A stretch of 55,624 bases of DNA from Candidatus Aenigmatarchaeota archaeon. GTDB taxonomy: Archaea > Aenigmatarchaeota > Aenigmatarchaeia > PWEA01. The stretch lies in assembly GCA_003553905.1 (NCBI GenBank), contig PWEA01000025.1:1-55624 (forward strand), given 5' to 3'. Positions within the stretch are counted from its first letter, which is position 1. Each line of letters starts with the position of its first letter. Of this stretch, positions 34,833 through 44,596 are shown in pieces. The position numbers and the translations under genes were made by a program. The notes below the pieces were generated by a model, which worked only from the letters and a program-made list of their open reading frames with translations, was not told where the DNA came from and searched no databases.

Positions 34833-35189
34833 TTAGAGACGGTCTCTCAGCCCCTTGAGTGCCTTCTTATGCCTTTCCTCATCCTTCGCTGTTGTGATAA
34901 GATAGGCCTTCGTCTCTCCAGACTGATCCTTGGCTATCTCCATTCTGGTACTGTTGGCATCGTCTTCTCCGCCGATCATCTTCTTCAGATTTTCTTCTGT
35001 GGTTCCTACCTTTCCTGCTAATTCTGCAGCTATTCCGGCATGCTCCGCTTCAGCTAAAGCGTTCTCTCTGAACTGTCTCGCAATTTCCGGATAGCCTTCT
35101 CTCTCAGCCTGACGAGCCATAGCCATGTAGAGGCCCACTTCCTCCGTCTCATCTGCAAACCATTCCTTCAGATACTTTTCAAGTTCCAT
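34833..35189 (-). CDS. Rubrerythrin/ferritin-like di-iron protein (no rubredoxin domain)
   Basis: E..YMAMARQAEREGYPEIA..EAEHA and DEERH motifs. Confidence 0.9.
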   Translation of the reverse strand: MELEKYLKEWFADETEEVGLYMAMARQAEREGYPEIARQFRENALAEAEHAGIAAELAGKVGTTEENLKKMIGGEDDANSTRMEIAKDQSGETKAYLITTAKDEERHKKALKGLRDRL

Positions 35190-35224
35190 GTTTTTCACCT
35201 CCGTTTGATAATTTTTAATTTTTT

Positions 35225-35887
35225 CTAAGATTTTCTATGACACAACCACCAGTCGTAGCACTCAATTTCTCCTTTCTCTTCCTGTTTTCTCCTCTTCTCT
35301 ATTTCCTCTTCGCTTGACGCAGGCGGCATTATCACATCATCTCCTACAATTTCGTTTTCCGGCCAGTTAGCTGGAATCGCTACACCTTCCTCGTCGGACT
35401 TCTGGAATCCCTTGATCATTCTAACTATCTCATCCATATTTCTGCCAAGTTCCGCTGGATAGTACAGAATGGCTCTGATCTTAGATTCGGGATCCACGAT
35501 GAATACTGCTCTTACTGTAGCCGTTCCACCGTCGCTGTGAAGAAGACCAAGCCTTTCTGCTACCTTTCCGTTCCCATCAGCTATTATAGGGAACTCAATT
35601 TCTTCTCCTAGATTTTTGTTTATCCACTCCGTCCACTTCAGGTGACTGTGAACCTGATCTATGCTGAGTCCTATCAGCTCAGTGTTAAGCTCCTTGAACT
35701 CATCGTATCTCTTCTGAAAGGAGTAAAACTCGGTCGTACAGACCGGAGTAAAGTCACCGGGATGTGAGAAAAGAATAAACCACTTGCCCTTATACTCTTC
35801 GGGTAGATTTATTTCTCCGTGGCTTGTGTTTATCTTCAGATCCGGAAACTCATCGCCTATCAAAGGAATTCGGTTTTCTTGTTCCAT
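35225..35887 (-). CDS. Peroxiredoxin (archaeal Prx6/TAA-type)
   Basis: [24 protein letters not shown] and C-terminal CYDWWLC. Confidence 0.96.
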   Translation of the reverse strand: MEQENRIPLIGDEFPDLKINTSHGEINLPEEYKGKWFILFSHPGDFTPVCTTEFYSFQKRYDEFKELNTELIGLSIDQVHSHLKWTEWINKNLGEEIEFPIIADGNGKVAERLGLLHSDGGTATVRAVFIVDPESKIRAILYYPAELGRNMDEIVRMIKGFQKSDEEGVAIPANWPENEIVGDDVIMPPASSEEEIEKRRKQEEKGEIECYDWWLCHRKS

Positions 35888-35963
35888 GTTTTTCACCCCC
35901 ATTTACGAAAAACTTTAAATATTTTCGTTGTATTATATAATATAGTTAGAAATATAAATAAAT

Positions 35964-35984
35964 TTACTTCGAAATTCGAAGTAA
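35964..35984. promoter_or_regulatory. Perfect palindrome, candidate Lrp-family operator
   Basis: TTACTTCGAA-A-TTCGAAGTAA between a TATA-like box (35951-35960) and the lrp ATG. Confidence 0.55.
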
Positions 35985-35992
35985 GTGGTATA

Positions 35993-36418
35993 ATGGACAA
36001 AAATGACAGAAAGATTATTGAACTTCTTAGATCGGATTCGAGAAGACCGTTCACCGAGATAGCAGAGAAAATAGGAGTCACAGAAGCCACGGTAAGAAAC
36101 AGGGTCAGTTCTCTGGAAAAGAGGGGTATAATAAAAAGATATACTGTGCAGGTGGACCACAAAAAGATGGGTTACAATACGAAAACTATTCTGGGTCTAG
36201 ATGTAGAGCCCGAAAATCTGATAGAAGCTGCAGAAATGATAGGTAAAATAGAGGAGGTAAGGAACGTTGCCACGTGTACTGGTGATCATATGATAATGGC
36301 TGAGGTCTGGGCCAGGGATAATTCACACCTCGGAAAAATAATGTCCGAAAAGATAGGTAGCGTAGAGGGTGTCAAGAATCTATGCCCGGCAATAGTCATG
36401 GAAGAAATAAAAGTATAG
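35993..36418 (+). CDS. Lrp/AsnC family transcription regulator (LrpA-like)
   Basis: DxxDRKIIELLRSDSRRPFTEIAEKIGVTEATVRNRV HTH and TGDHMIM; start moved to ATG 35993. Confidence 0.95.
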   Translation: MDKNDRKIIELLRSDSRRPFTEIAEKIGVTEATVRNRVSSLEKRGIIKRYTVQVDHKKMGYNTKTILGLDVEPENLIEAAEMIGKIEEVRNVATCTGDHMIMAEVWARDNSHLGKIMSEKIGSVEGVKNLCPAIVMEEIKV

Positions 36419-36434
36419 AAAGGATATAATATTT

Positions 36435-36986
36435 ATGATTGTTATTGGATTGACGGGACCAATTGGTTCTGGAAAGGATGCCGTTTCTAACTATTTAGAA
36501 GACAAACACGACTTCAAAACCTTCAGCTGCGGTGATGCGATAAGAGAGATAGCAAAGGAGGAGGACCTTGAACCTACGCGAGAAAATCTACAGATGATTG
36601 GAAAAAAATACAGGAAAAGGTGGGGAAATGGATTCCTCGGTAAAAAGGCTGCCGAAATGGTAAATGAGTCCGAAGTAGGAAAGACTGCTGTAAACGGTAT
36701 AAGAAGCCCTGAAGAGGTAGATGAACTGAGAAGCCGTCTCGGTGATTCATTCGTTCTGGTATATGTACATGCGGGCGAAAAGACGAGGTTTCAAAGGCTG
36801 AAGGAAAGAGGTAGAACAGGCGATCCCCAGACAGTAGAAGATTTTAGGAACCAGGATCGAAAGGACAAGGAAAAGTTTGGGATGGAAGAAACATTCTCAC
36901 TTGCCGATAGAACAGTTGTAAACGAACAAAGCCTCAATAAGCTATACGGAGAGGTCGAAAAGCTTCTAAAAGATATCAAGCAATAA
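36435..36986 (+). CDS. Dephospho-CoA kinase/NMP kinase-like P-loop protein
   Basis: IGLTGPIGSGKD, GIRSPEE and RLKERGR motifs. Confidence 0.8.
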   Translation: MIVIGLTGPIGSGKDAVSNYLEDKHDFKTFSCGDAIREIAKEEDLEPTRENLQMIGKKYRKRWGNGFLGKKAAEMVNESEVGKTAVNGIRSPEEVDELRSRLGDSFVLVYVHAGEKTRFQRLKERGRTGDPQTVEDFRNQDRKDKEKFGMEETFSLADRTVVNEQSLNKLYGEVEKLLKDIKQ

Positions 36987-38136
36987 ACGACATAGCAAGA
37001 GTAGAAAGTAAAAGTAAAAGTGCTATTGTTGAAACACCCTTAACTATGATATCGCTTCTCTTCGAAAAGAATCTTTCCGACAGGGATTCGAGTATAAGAC
37101 CACCGTCCAACGGTTTGACTGGAAGTAGATTCATTACCCCGATGCCTATGTTTAGTATAACCATCCATGAGAAGAGGCTCCTTAGAAAGTCCAACAAACC
37201 TCCAAAGGTGGTATCCCTGTATCTGCTATCAAGAGCATGTGTAGTAGAAACACCTGATATACCCATAAACGGTTTCCCGGGATCCTCTGGGTTTTCTACT
37301 AGCTGAAGCCTAGTTGTAGAATCCATCGTCTCAACATGTATTTCATCGCCCGGGTTGTATTCATCTAACAGTTCCCTAAAGTCCTCCAAGCTCTTTGTCC
37401 TGTGGCCCTCTATGCTCAGTATAGGACTGGTCAGATTCAATTCTTCTGCAGGAAATCTGTCGATATCGTACTCCGTTGCATCAACATATCCCATAAAACC
37501 AACGCCTTGCACGGTAAAGGCAGGTAAAAATGCAAAGGAAAGGAATATAAAAGTAACAAATGCAAGACAAAAATTAGCAAATGATCCTCCGGAATACACT
37601 TTTATCTGCTCTTTCCAGTTCTTCTTTTCTAAATCCTCCTCATCGGGTTCCACGAAGGCACCCGGAATCACAACGAAAAGAGCAAGACCAAGGCTCTTTA
37701 TATTAGACTTGACGTTTTTTACCATAATACCGTGCATACCTTCATGCACAACAACCAAAACAAGTATTGAGATTATCCATTCCCAGAACGGAACCGCTAT
37801 AACACCGGGACGTGCAGTAGCTTCACCGCTCGGTGAAGGCAGTACTAGAGCCGGACCTTCTGCCGTAGGTGGCCCGAAAATCTGCTGGGTGAATATAGAT
37901 CCTATAAAGATAAAGGCAAAAACCATTCCTATTATACCAACTGCGATTGAGACAACACCAACCTTATTCCAAAAGTTCTCGCTAAAGGAAGATATCCTTT
38001 CTATAAGCCCCCTGCCGCGCTGCGTTCTTCTCATAAAAAGAACGTAGTTGTTGACCTCTATGTTTTTCCTATCCACGATGAGGAAAATGGCCATGACTAA
38101 AAAGAAAGCAATCACAGACAGTAGATATAGATCCAT
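36976..38136 (-). CDS. Site-2 protease (M50) with PDZ-like insert
   Basis: HEGMH, GAFVEPDE, GSFAN and NLLPVKPLDGG motifs. Confidence 0.93.
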   Translation of the reverse strand: MDLYLLSVIAFFLVMAIFLIVDRKNIEVNNYVLFMRRTQRGRGLIERISSFSENFWNKVGVVSIAVGIIGMVFAFIFIGSIFTQQIFGPPTAEGPALVLPSPSGEATARPGVIAVPFWEWIISILVLVVVHEGMHGIMVKNVKSNIKSLGLALFVVIPGAFVEPDEEDLEKKNWKEQIKVYSGGSFANFCLAFVTFIFLSFAFLPAFTVQGVGFMGYVDATEYDIDRFPAEELNLTSPILSIEGHRTKSLEDFRELLDEYNPGDEIHVETMDSTTRLQLVENPEDPGKPFMGISGVSTTHALDSRYRDTTFGGLLDFLRSLFSWMVILNIGIGVMNLLPVKPLDGGLILESLSERFFSKRSDIIVKGVSTIALLLLLSTLAMSFIA

Positions 38137-38198
38137 TGTATCACGCTTCACAAAGTTATATTTTGAAGCTTATAAAAACCGATGCATAGTTATCTCTT

Positions 38199-39791
38199 AT
38201 GCCTAAACACTGGATAGATAAGCTAGTGGATAAAATAAGAAGAGAAAGGGGGGATAAAGACAGCTATGTTTTAAACTGTGGCATGTCGATATCAGGCATG
38301 ATGCATATAGGAAACCTGCGAGGTGAACTTATGATACCATCTAGGGTATCACGGGTCCTGGAAAAACATGGCAAAGATGTTTCTTTTAGAGGTGTTTACT
38401 ATACACAGGACAGATTCAAAGCAAAGGAAGGTCAGATCCAGCAGTTCGAAGACCCCGATGAAGCAAAAAAATACAAGGGATGGAGGCTTATAGACCTACC
38501 TGACCCCGATGGTTGCCACAAAAACTGGGTAGATCACTTCAACTCCACGAACCACCCGTTTCTTAAAGAGTTTGATATAGAAGTCGATCCTATAACGACT
38601 ACAGATTTCTACAAGATGAAGGAGACAAAAGAAATTGTGAAAAAATTTCTTGAAAACAAGGAAAGGGTGAGGGAGGTCATCAACAGGTTCAGAGACAGAA
38701 ATCCAAAACCAGAAGGTTGGATACCGTTTGATCCTCTTTGCAACCAATGTAATAGAATAGATACAACAGAAGCGCTTGAAATAAACTTTGAGAAGGAAAA
38801 GGTCAGGTATAGATGTAAAGACTGTGGACACGAAGGATGGTCTGACCTAAATAAGGGAAAACTAGCGTGGCGCCTAGAATGGTCTGCACTATGGCATGTT
38901 CTGGATGTTGACTTCGAACCGTTTGGAAAGGACCATGCAACCCCGGGTGGATCCAGAGACTCCTGTATAGCTATATCAAAGGAGTTCGGATTGAACTATC
39001 CCACGGGATTTTCGTTTAACTGGGTCTACTGGAAGGAAAACAACAATGTAAAGGAAATGACATCATCAGGAGACATAGGAATGACCGCAAAGGACTATCT
39101 TGACGTGGCAGAACCAGAAGTCCTCACCTATCTATATCTCTCAACAAAACCAGCAAAGGAAATATACTTTAGTCCTGAAGAAATACCAACCTATCACAGA
39201 AGATTTGATAGAGCAGAGTCTATCTACTTCGGTAGAGAAGAGGCAAGAAGTGAAAAGAGAGAAGCCAATATAAAGAGAAACTACGAACTTGCGGTTATCG
39301 ATGTCCCTGAAAAAAAGCCGGTCAGGCCACCATATGATTCTTGCTGTTTTGTAGTTCAGCTGGCTGAGGACAACGAAGAAGCAATTGAACTTCTGATGGA
39401 AACTGACCAGATACCGGACAGAATGAGCGAAAAGGACAAAGAACTATGCCTTCAGAGAGTCGAAAACGCAAAAAAATGGCTAGAAAGGTTCGAACCAGAA
39501 GACCACCTCATTCATATACAGGAGGATATATCCACCATAGAAAAAGATCTCACCGATGGACAGACAAAGGTATTGAGAGAACTGAGAAAGAGACTGAAAG
39601 AAAGAGAATGGACCGCAGAAGAACTACAGGACGAGATATATGGCATGAAAGATGAATACGATATATCCGCAGGCGATCTTTTCCGAGGGATATATACAGC
39701 TATCCTTGGAAAGAAAAGTGGTCCAAGAGCTGGTCAGTTGATTAAAGCAATCGGACAGGAAAGAGTTGTAAAAATTCTAGAAGACCTTTAA
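38199..39791 (+). CDS. lysS: Lysine--tRNA ligase, class I
   Basis: SG..HIGN, KLAWRLEW, EPFGKDH, MTSS (KMSSS-like) and GPR motifs. Confidence 0.96.
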   Translation: MPKHWIDKLVDKIRRERGDKDSYVLNCGMSISGMMHIGNLRGELMIPSRVSRVLEKHGKDVSFRGVYYTQDRFKAKEGQIQQFEDPDEAKKYKGWRLIDLPDPDGCHKNWVDHFNSTNHPFLKEFDIEVDPITTTDFYKMKETKEIVKKFLENKERVREVINRFRDRNPKPEGWIPFDPLCNQCNRIDTTEALEINFEKEKVRYRCKDCGHEGWSDLNKGKLAWRLEWSALWHVLDVDFEPFGKDHATPGGSRDSCIAISKEFGLNYPTGFSFNWVYWKENNNVKEMTSSGDIGMTAKDYLDVAEPEVLTYLYLSTKPAKEIYFSPEEIPTYHRRFDRAESIYFGREEARSEKREANIKRNYELAVIDVPEKKPVRPPYDSCCFVVQLAEDNEEAIELLMETDQIPDRMSEKDKELCLQRVENAKKWLERFEPEDHLIHIQEDISTIEKDLTDGQTKVLRELRKRLKEREWTAEELQDEIYGMKDEYDISAGDLFRGIYTAILGKKSGPRAGQLIKAIGQERVVKILEDL

Positions 39792-40045
39792 GAAGAAAGC
39801 TTTCTGAAAAAGTTATACAGAGCTGCTATCAGTGCACCTGCTATCACACCATCCACAAAAGCCCAAACAGCTCCGATGAGTATACCCAAGGCGGTCTTGT
39901 CAAAACCTATATAGATACTAGATACAAGGGGAACAAGTTCTTCTCCCCACCCAAAACTCGCAGCTACACCTAAGAAGACTACGAATATAACACATACAAT
40001 TCCAAGGGATGCACCCAGAGCCCATGGATCAATTCTCTCAGCCAT
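39788..40045 (-). CDS. Small 2-TM membrane protein (family often annotated bacteriophage holin-like)
   Basis: ALGASLG, SSIYIGF and GAVWAFVDG..LYN motifs. Confidence 0.7.
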   Translation of the reverse strand: MAERIDPWALGASLGIVCVIFVVFLGVAASFGWGEELVPLVSSIYIGFDKTALGILIGAVWAFVDGVIAGALIAALYNFFRKLSS

Positions 40046-40046
40046 T

Positions 40047-40181
40047 TTATCTCTTCTTTTCTAAGACATGTTTACAGTCCGGATTTGTGCACTTCCATTT
40101 CTCGAAAACATCCTCTCCAAAGGAGAAAGGCACTAGGACTCCTTCGTCGCACATCGGACAGTCGGGAAAAATACTTTCCAT
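40047..40181 (-). CDS. 44-aa Zn-finger microprotein
   Basis: Not in ORF track. AGGAGGTGG SD; MESIFPDCPMCDEGVLVPFSFGEDVFEKWKCTNPDCKHVLEKKR. Confidence 0.85.
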   Translation of the reverse strand: MESIFPDCPMCDEGVLVPFSFGEDVFEKWKCTNPDCKHVLEKKR

Positions 40182-40218
40182 TTAAAATCCACCTCCTGTT
40201 TAACTGATCTTTCTAAGC

Positions 40219-40632
40219 CTACATACAATCCTTTATTTCCTTTAATAAATCTTCCGCCTCGTTCTCGTCGAGTTCTTCTGCATCCCATCTGATATCGACG
40301 GAATCGCCGTGATATCTCGGAATTATATGAAAATGTATATGGAATATTTCCTGTCCTGCAACGGGATTGTTTGATTGAAGGATATTGAAACCGTCTGCAT
40401 CAGTTGCCTCGACTACAGAATCGGCTACATCCTGAACAACCTTCAATGTATGCTTTAGTTCATGGTCCGGTAGGTCCAAAAGTTCGGGGTAATGTTCCTT
40501 TGGAACTACTAAACTATGCCCTTTTGTAGCAGGATTTATATTGAGGAATGCCAGGAAATGCTCGTCTTCGTATATCTTCCAAACGGGGGCATCCCCATGT
40601 ATTATATCACAAAATATACAGTCTTGGTTCAT
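40219..40632 (-). CDS. HIT family hydrolase
   Basis: DCIFC, GHSLVVPKEH and HIHFHIIPR motifs; start moved to ATG 40632. Confidence 0.95.
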   Translation of the reverse strand: MNQDCIFCDIIHGDAPVWKIYEDEHFLAFLNINPATKGHSLVVPKEHYPELLDLPDHELKHTLKVVQDVADSVVEATDADGFNILQSNNPVAGQEIFHIHFHIIPRYHGDSVDIRWDAEELDENEAEDLLKEIKDCM

Positions 40633-40671
40633 AACTCCAATTATCTCCCGAGGGTTTAAATAAATATAGGA

Positions 40672-41021
40672 ATGCAATACAGGACCAAAAAATTAGCATC
40701 GTTATTAGTATTTTTATAGTTCCTACTGCACCTCAGGTTTCAGTAGGACCTGTAGCACATGCCGGTATTCCTCCTTACATAGAGAAATGGATCAAGAGGA
40801 GGTTCTCAGAAGGATTTACAAGGGAGCAGCTGAAGGGATCACTCAAAAGAGCTGGACAGAATCCAAACCTTATTGACATGTACGAGATGAAAATGCTTCA
40901 GGAAGAATCCGGAACGAAGGAGCAGTTGAAAGGAAAGACCAGATCTAAACCTAATACACCGAAGGAGATAAGCTGGATACTTGAAAGTCTTCGTAATGGT
41001 CTTGGTTACCGGAACAATTAG
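40672..41021 (+). pseudogene. Frameshifted gene for a small, possibly secreted helical protein
   Basis: ATG 40672 frame stops at TAG 40717-40719. The -1 frame is open from 40635 to 41021 (..WIKRRFSEGFTREQLKGSLKRAG..) with no early start codon. Confidence 0.5.
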
Positions 41022-41107
41022 ACAAATATCTCTTCATAAGCAGTCATATACAGGTAAGCTGCGTAATTAATCAAAAATATTTAAACCTCTATAGATAAAT
41101 CAGAGAT

Positions 41108-43309
41108 ATGAGGAGTTATACGTATGCCGTAATACTTTCCATTTTTTTCTTTGCAATAATCTTAGTTCCCCTAATCTTCGTAGGTGTACCCGACACGATA
41201 ACCGGTTATTTCATTGAGCCAACCGGTGATGTTGAAGAAATTTCGGACTGGCACGACCTTCACGACATGAGAAACAATCTGGATGGTGAATACGTCCTGA
41301 TGAACGACCTGACCAATGAGACAGAGGGTTACAGTGACTATAATGAAAAAGAAGAAGATTATGAAGTTACTCATGAGAAACCCGGCAGCGAGGACTGGAA
41401 GGACGGTGACACCGTAGAACTACATTTCGATGAGGAGGATTACGGTTCAATTTTATCTGTAGAGGATTATAATGATAATTCTATTAACTATACCAAGGGC
41501 AACAATAACATTACACTCGATGAAGATGTTGGGGACGATGAAGTTTACATAAAGTATGAGGATGCTTTAGTAGGTCGGGATCCAATAGGAAACAATGAAA
41601 TTCCTTTCACAGGAACTATTTGCGGTCAACAAAATAAGATAGAAGATTGGGTTATTGATAGACCCAGTGAGGACTATATTGGTCTGTTCGGTTCTACTGA
41701 TAACGCTAATATTCAGAATATCGGTTTATCTAATGTTGACGTAACCGGAGGAGATTATGTCGGTGTTTTAGTCGGAGAGAACGATGGTGGTTTTATTGAG
41801 AAAAGTTTTGTTTCTGGTGGTGTAACAGGAGGGGAAAGAGCGGGAGGTATTGTTGGATATAACGATGATGGACAAATCAAAGATTGTTATTCCAGAGGAG
41901 GACGGCGGGACGAGGAAACCCCTGATGCCCTCGATTTAATAGGGAGAAAATATGTTGGTGGTGTAGTTGGACACAATACAGGAACTGTTGAAAATTCTTA
42001 TAGTACGATGGCAACTTGGTATTTAAAGGACCCTATTGATACGAGAGGAGGTTTGATAGGATTAAATGATGAAGGTGCTGAAGTAATAGATTGCCCACGA
42101 CAAGATTGGGGGCGACGGGCCATTGGGAAAAATAATGGTCAAAAAGTTGGGAGGGTAGTAGGAGCACCTGAAGAAGATATGCAGGATATCAGATTATACA
42201 CGGAAGATGACTTTGGAGAATATCCTGATTTGAATAATCCTTGGAATATAACGAAATTAGAAGAATGGGATGGAGAAACCTGGGTTATCGATGGAGAAGG
42301 AAACATTAGTGACGGTCTTCCATTCTTTCTTTGGATAGAAGAATACGAGCTGGAAGTGGATGTTAAGGGGGAAGGAACAACCGATCCACAGACGGGAAAC
42401 CATACTTATATTGAAGGCGAAGAGGTGGATATTGAAGCCAATCCCGATGGTGGCTGGTATTTCGACGAGTGGACCGGCGATGTAGACGGTATTGAAGACC
42501 CCAAGTCACCGAATACTAAAATAACGATGAATGATGACTATTCTATTACTGCAGAGTTCGAGATCGATCGCCACGAGCTTAAAGTAGATTCCGGAGACCA
42601 TGGCCAAGTTACTAACCCAGGAGAAGGGACGTATGAATATGATTATGGAACTGTGGTAGCTCTAGAAGCCGAGGCAGATGAAGGATATGACTTTGTTGAG
42701 TGGACCGGTGATGTAGAAAATATAGAGGATACAGATTCAGCCAGCACTACTGTGACCATGGAAGATAACTACACTATAAAAGCCGGTTTTGAAATAAGCG
42801 AATATGATCTTACTGTAGATTCCACCGATGGTGGTGAGATTGTTAAACCAGAAGACGAAACAACCACACACAAACATGGAACTGTGGTAGCTCTAGAAGC
42901 CGAGGTCGATGATAATTATCACTTTGTTGGGTGGAGCGGAGGTAATAACATAGAAGATAGAGGGTCTCCAAGCACTACTGTGACCATGGAAGGTGATTAC
43001 TCCGTAACTGCAGAGTTCGAGATCGATCAATATGAGCTTACTGTAGATTCGATAGATGGCGGTGAGGTTGTTGAACCAGGAGAAGGGACGTATGAATATG
43101 ATTATGGGACTGTGGTGGAGCTTAAAGCTGAGGCAGATGAAGGATATGAGTTCTCAGGATGGATTGGTTCAATAAATTCAAAGAATATTGAAGAAACTAT
43201 AACTATGACCGAAGACAGGGAGGTTCTGGCATACTTCTCTTGGACATACTGTGTAATAAGAATATGTGGACCTGGAAATGTATGTGATGAGGTTACGGTG
43301 ATGTGTTAA
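41108..43309 (+). CDS. Cell-surface protein with GLUG motifs and about 4-5 InlB B-repeat-like domains
   Basis: N-terminal TM/signal; IGLFG, VGVLVGEN, AGGIVGYN and VGGVVGHN; repeats of GYxFxxWxGD...TITM. Confidence 0.85.
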   Translation: MRSYTYAVILSIFFFAIILVPLIFVGVPDTITGYFIEPTGDVEEISDWHDLHDMRNNLDGEYVLMNDLTNETEGYSDYNEKEEDYEVTHEKPGSEDWKDGDTVELHFDEEDYGSILSVEDYNDNSINYTKGNNNITLDEDVGDDEVYIKYEDALVGRDPIGNNEIPFTGTICGQQNKIEDWVIDRPSEDYIGLFGSTDNANIQNIGLSNVDVTGGDYVGVLVGENDGGFIEKSFVSGGVTGGERAGGIVGYNDDGQIKDCYSRGGRRDEETPDALDLIGRKYVGGVVGHNTGTVENSYSTMATWYLKDPIDTRGGLIGLNDEGAEVIDCPRQDWGRRAIGKNNGQKVGRVVGAPEEDMQDIRLYTEDDFGEYPDLNNPWNITKLEEWDGETWVIDGEGNISDGLPFFLWIEEYELEVDVKGEGTTDPQTGNHTYIEGEEVDIEANPDGGWYFDEWTGDVDGIEDPKSPNTKITMNDDYSITAEFEIDRHELKVDSGDHGQVTNPGEGTYEYDYGTVVALEAEADEGYDFVEWTGDVENIEDTDSASTTVTMEDNYTIKAGFEISEYDLTVDSTDGGEIVKPEDETTTHKHGTVVALEAEVDDNYHFVGWSGGNNIEDRGSPSTTVTMEGDYSVTAEFEIDQYELTVDSIDGGEVVEPGEGTYEYDYGTVVELKAEADEGYEFSGWIGSINSKNIEETITMTEDREVLAYFSWTYCVIRICGPGNVCDEVTVMC

Positions 43310-43310
43310 T

Positions 43311-43655
43311 ATGAAAAAAGGTTTATCTCCTGTATTGGGTTTTGTATTGGTGCTCCTCATATCTATAATACTGGCTGGATCGGTGATCGCATGGATAAGA
43401 ACCACCACGGATCAGGCCGAAAGTGAAGTCGAAGAGATGAGCCGGGATCGAAAGGTGAACTTCTATATAAGCAACGTAGAAACAGAAAACGGTGATATAA
43501 ACATAACCATAACCAACAACGGAAGATTTTCTATACCTATAGATGAAATGAGGGGATATTACAAAGATGAACCACTGGAAGAGATGGAACACATAGAGGG
43601 ACCAGACCCTATCCCACCGGGAGAAACAGCAAAGTTTAGAATAAAAGATGTTTAG
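43311..43655 (+). CDS. Archaeal type IV pilin-like protein
   Basis: MKKG|LSPVLG class III signal plus hydrophobic helix; ITNNG..IPPGET Ig-like domain. Confidence 0.85.
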   Translation: MKKGLSPVLGFVLVLLISIILAGSVIAWIRTTTDQAESEVEEMSRDRKVNFYISNVETENGDINITITNNGRFSIPIDEMRGYYKDEPLEEMEHIEGPDPIPPGETAKFRIKDV

Positions 43656-44596
43656 GAAATAGCGAACTGGGCAAGCAATGCTTCTAACTGTATCTGTTCG
43701 TCTGCTCCTTCATCGAGCCTGAACTCGTAGTCACCCATTTTTTCTATTATTCTTATCTTCCTCTTTTCGTCTATATCCAAATCATAAATCTGCCTATGTA
43801 TCTCCTTTATTACATCCATACCAGATATACCCTTTTCGAGTAATAGCTCCTGTAGTCTGTCTTTGGACTCTGTGAACTTCCCATCCAGGGCTTTCTTCAG
43901 CATAGTTTCTATAGCTTGTGGTTTTGCCTGAGAAGATATTTCGTAGACAACGTCCTCTGTAACTTCCTTATCAGTTGCAGAAACAGACTGAAGTAGGTTT
44001 ATAGACTTCCTCAAATCCCCCCTTGTAACTGAAAATATAGCATCCAGCCCGCTATCATCGTAACCAACTCCCTCCTCTTTGCATATCTTCTCCATGAGAC
44101 CCGAAGCATCTTCTTTGCTAAGCCTTGGAAATCTGAAAATGGAACAACGTGATCTTATTGGATCTATTATCTTGCTGGAGTAGTTGCATATTAGTATGAA
44201 ACGTGCCGTTTCAGTATAGTTCTCCATTGTTCTTCTCAGAGCATGCTGAGCTTCAGGTGTCAGAGCATCGGCCTCATCCAGAACTATAATCTTAAAAGGA
44301 ACATCTCCAACTGATTTCGATCTTGCAAAGTCCTTCACCTGATTTCTTATGATATTTATACCCCTGGTATCAGATGCATTCAGTTCCAGTACGTTGTTTT
44401 TCCACATGTCACCAAAAAGGTCCTTCGCTATTGCCGTAGCAGAAGCACTTTTCCCTGTTCCTGCTGGACCTGTAAAAAGTAGATGTGGCAACGACTCATC
44501 CTTAACAAATGCCTTAAGGCGTTGTATAACATGCTTGTGGTTAACTATACCATCGAGTGTATCAGGTCTATATCTTTCGGTCCAAACCTCTACCAT
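43652..44596 (-). CDS. rfcS: Replication factor C small subunit
   Basis: WTERYRP, GPAGTGKS, ELNASD, LDEAD, SRC and GDLRK motifs. Confidence 0.97.
   Translation of the reverse strand: MVEVWTERYRPDTLDGIVNHKHVIQRLKAFVKDESLPHLLFTGPAGTGKSASATAIAKDLFGDMWKNNVLELNASDTRGINIIRNQVKDFARSKSVGDVPFKIIVLDEADALTPEAQHALRRTMENYTETARFILICNYSSKIIDPIRSRCSIFRFPRLSKEDASGLMEKICKEEGVGYDDSGLDAIFSVTRGDLRKSINLLQSVSATDKEVTEDVVYEISSQAKPQAIETMLKKALDGKFTESKDRLQELLLEKGISGMDVIKEIHRQIYDLDIDEKRKIRIIEKMGDYEFRLDEGADEQIQLEALLAQFAIS

Noticed and set aside
39788-40045. Holin-like gene as a prophage remnant
   Set aside because: This small membrane family is common in cellular genomes, and there is no viral context
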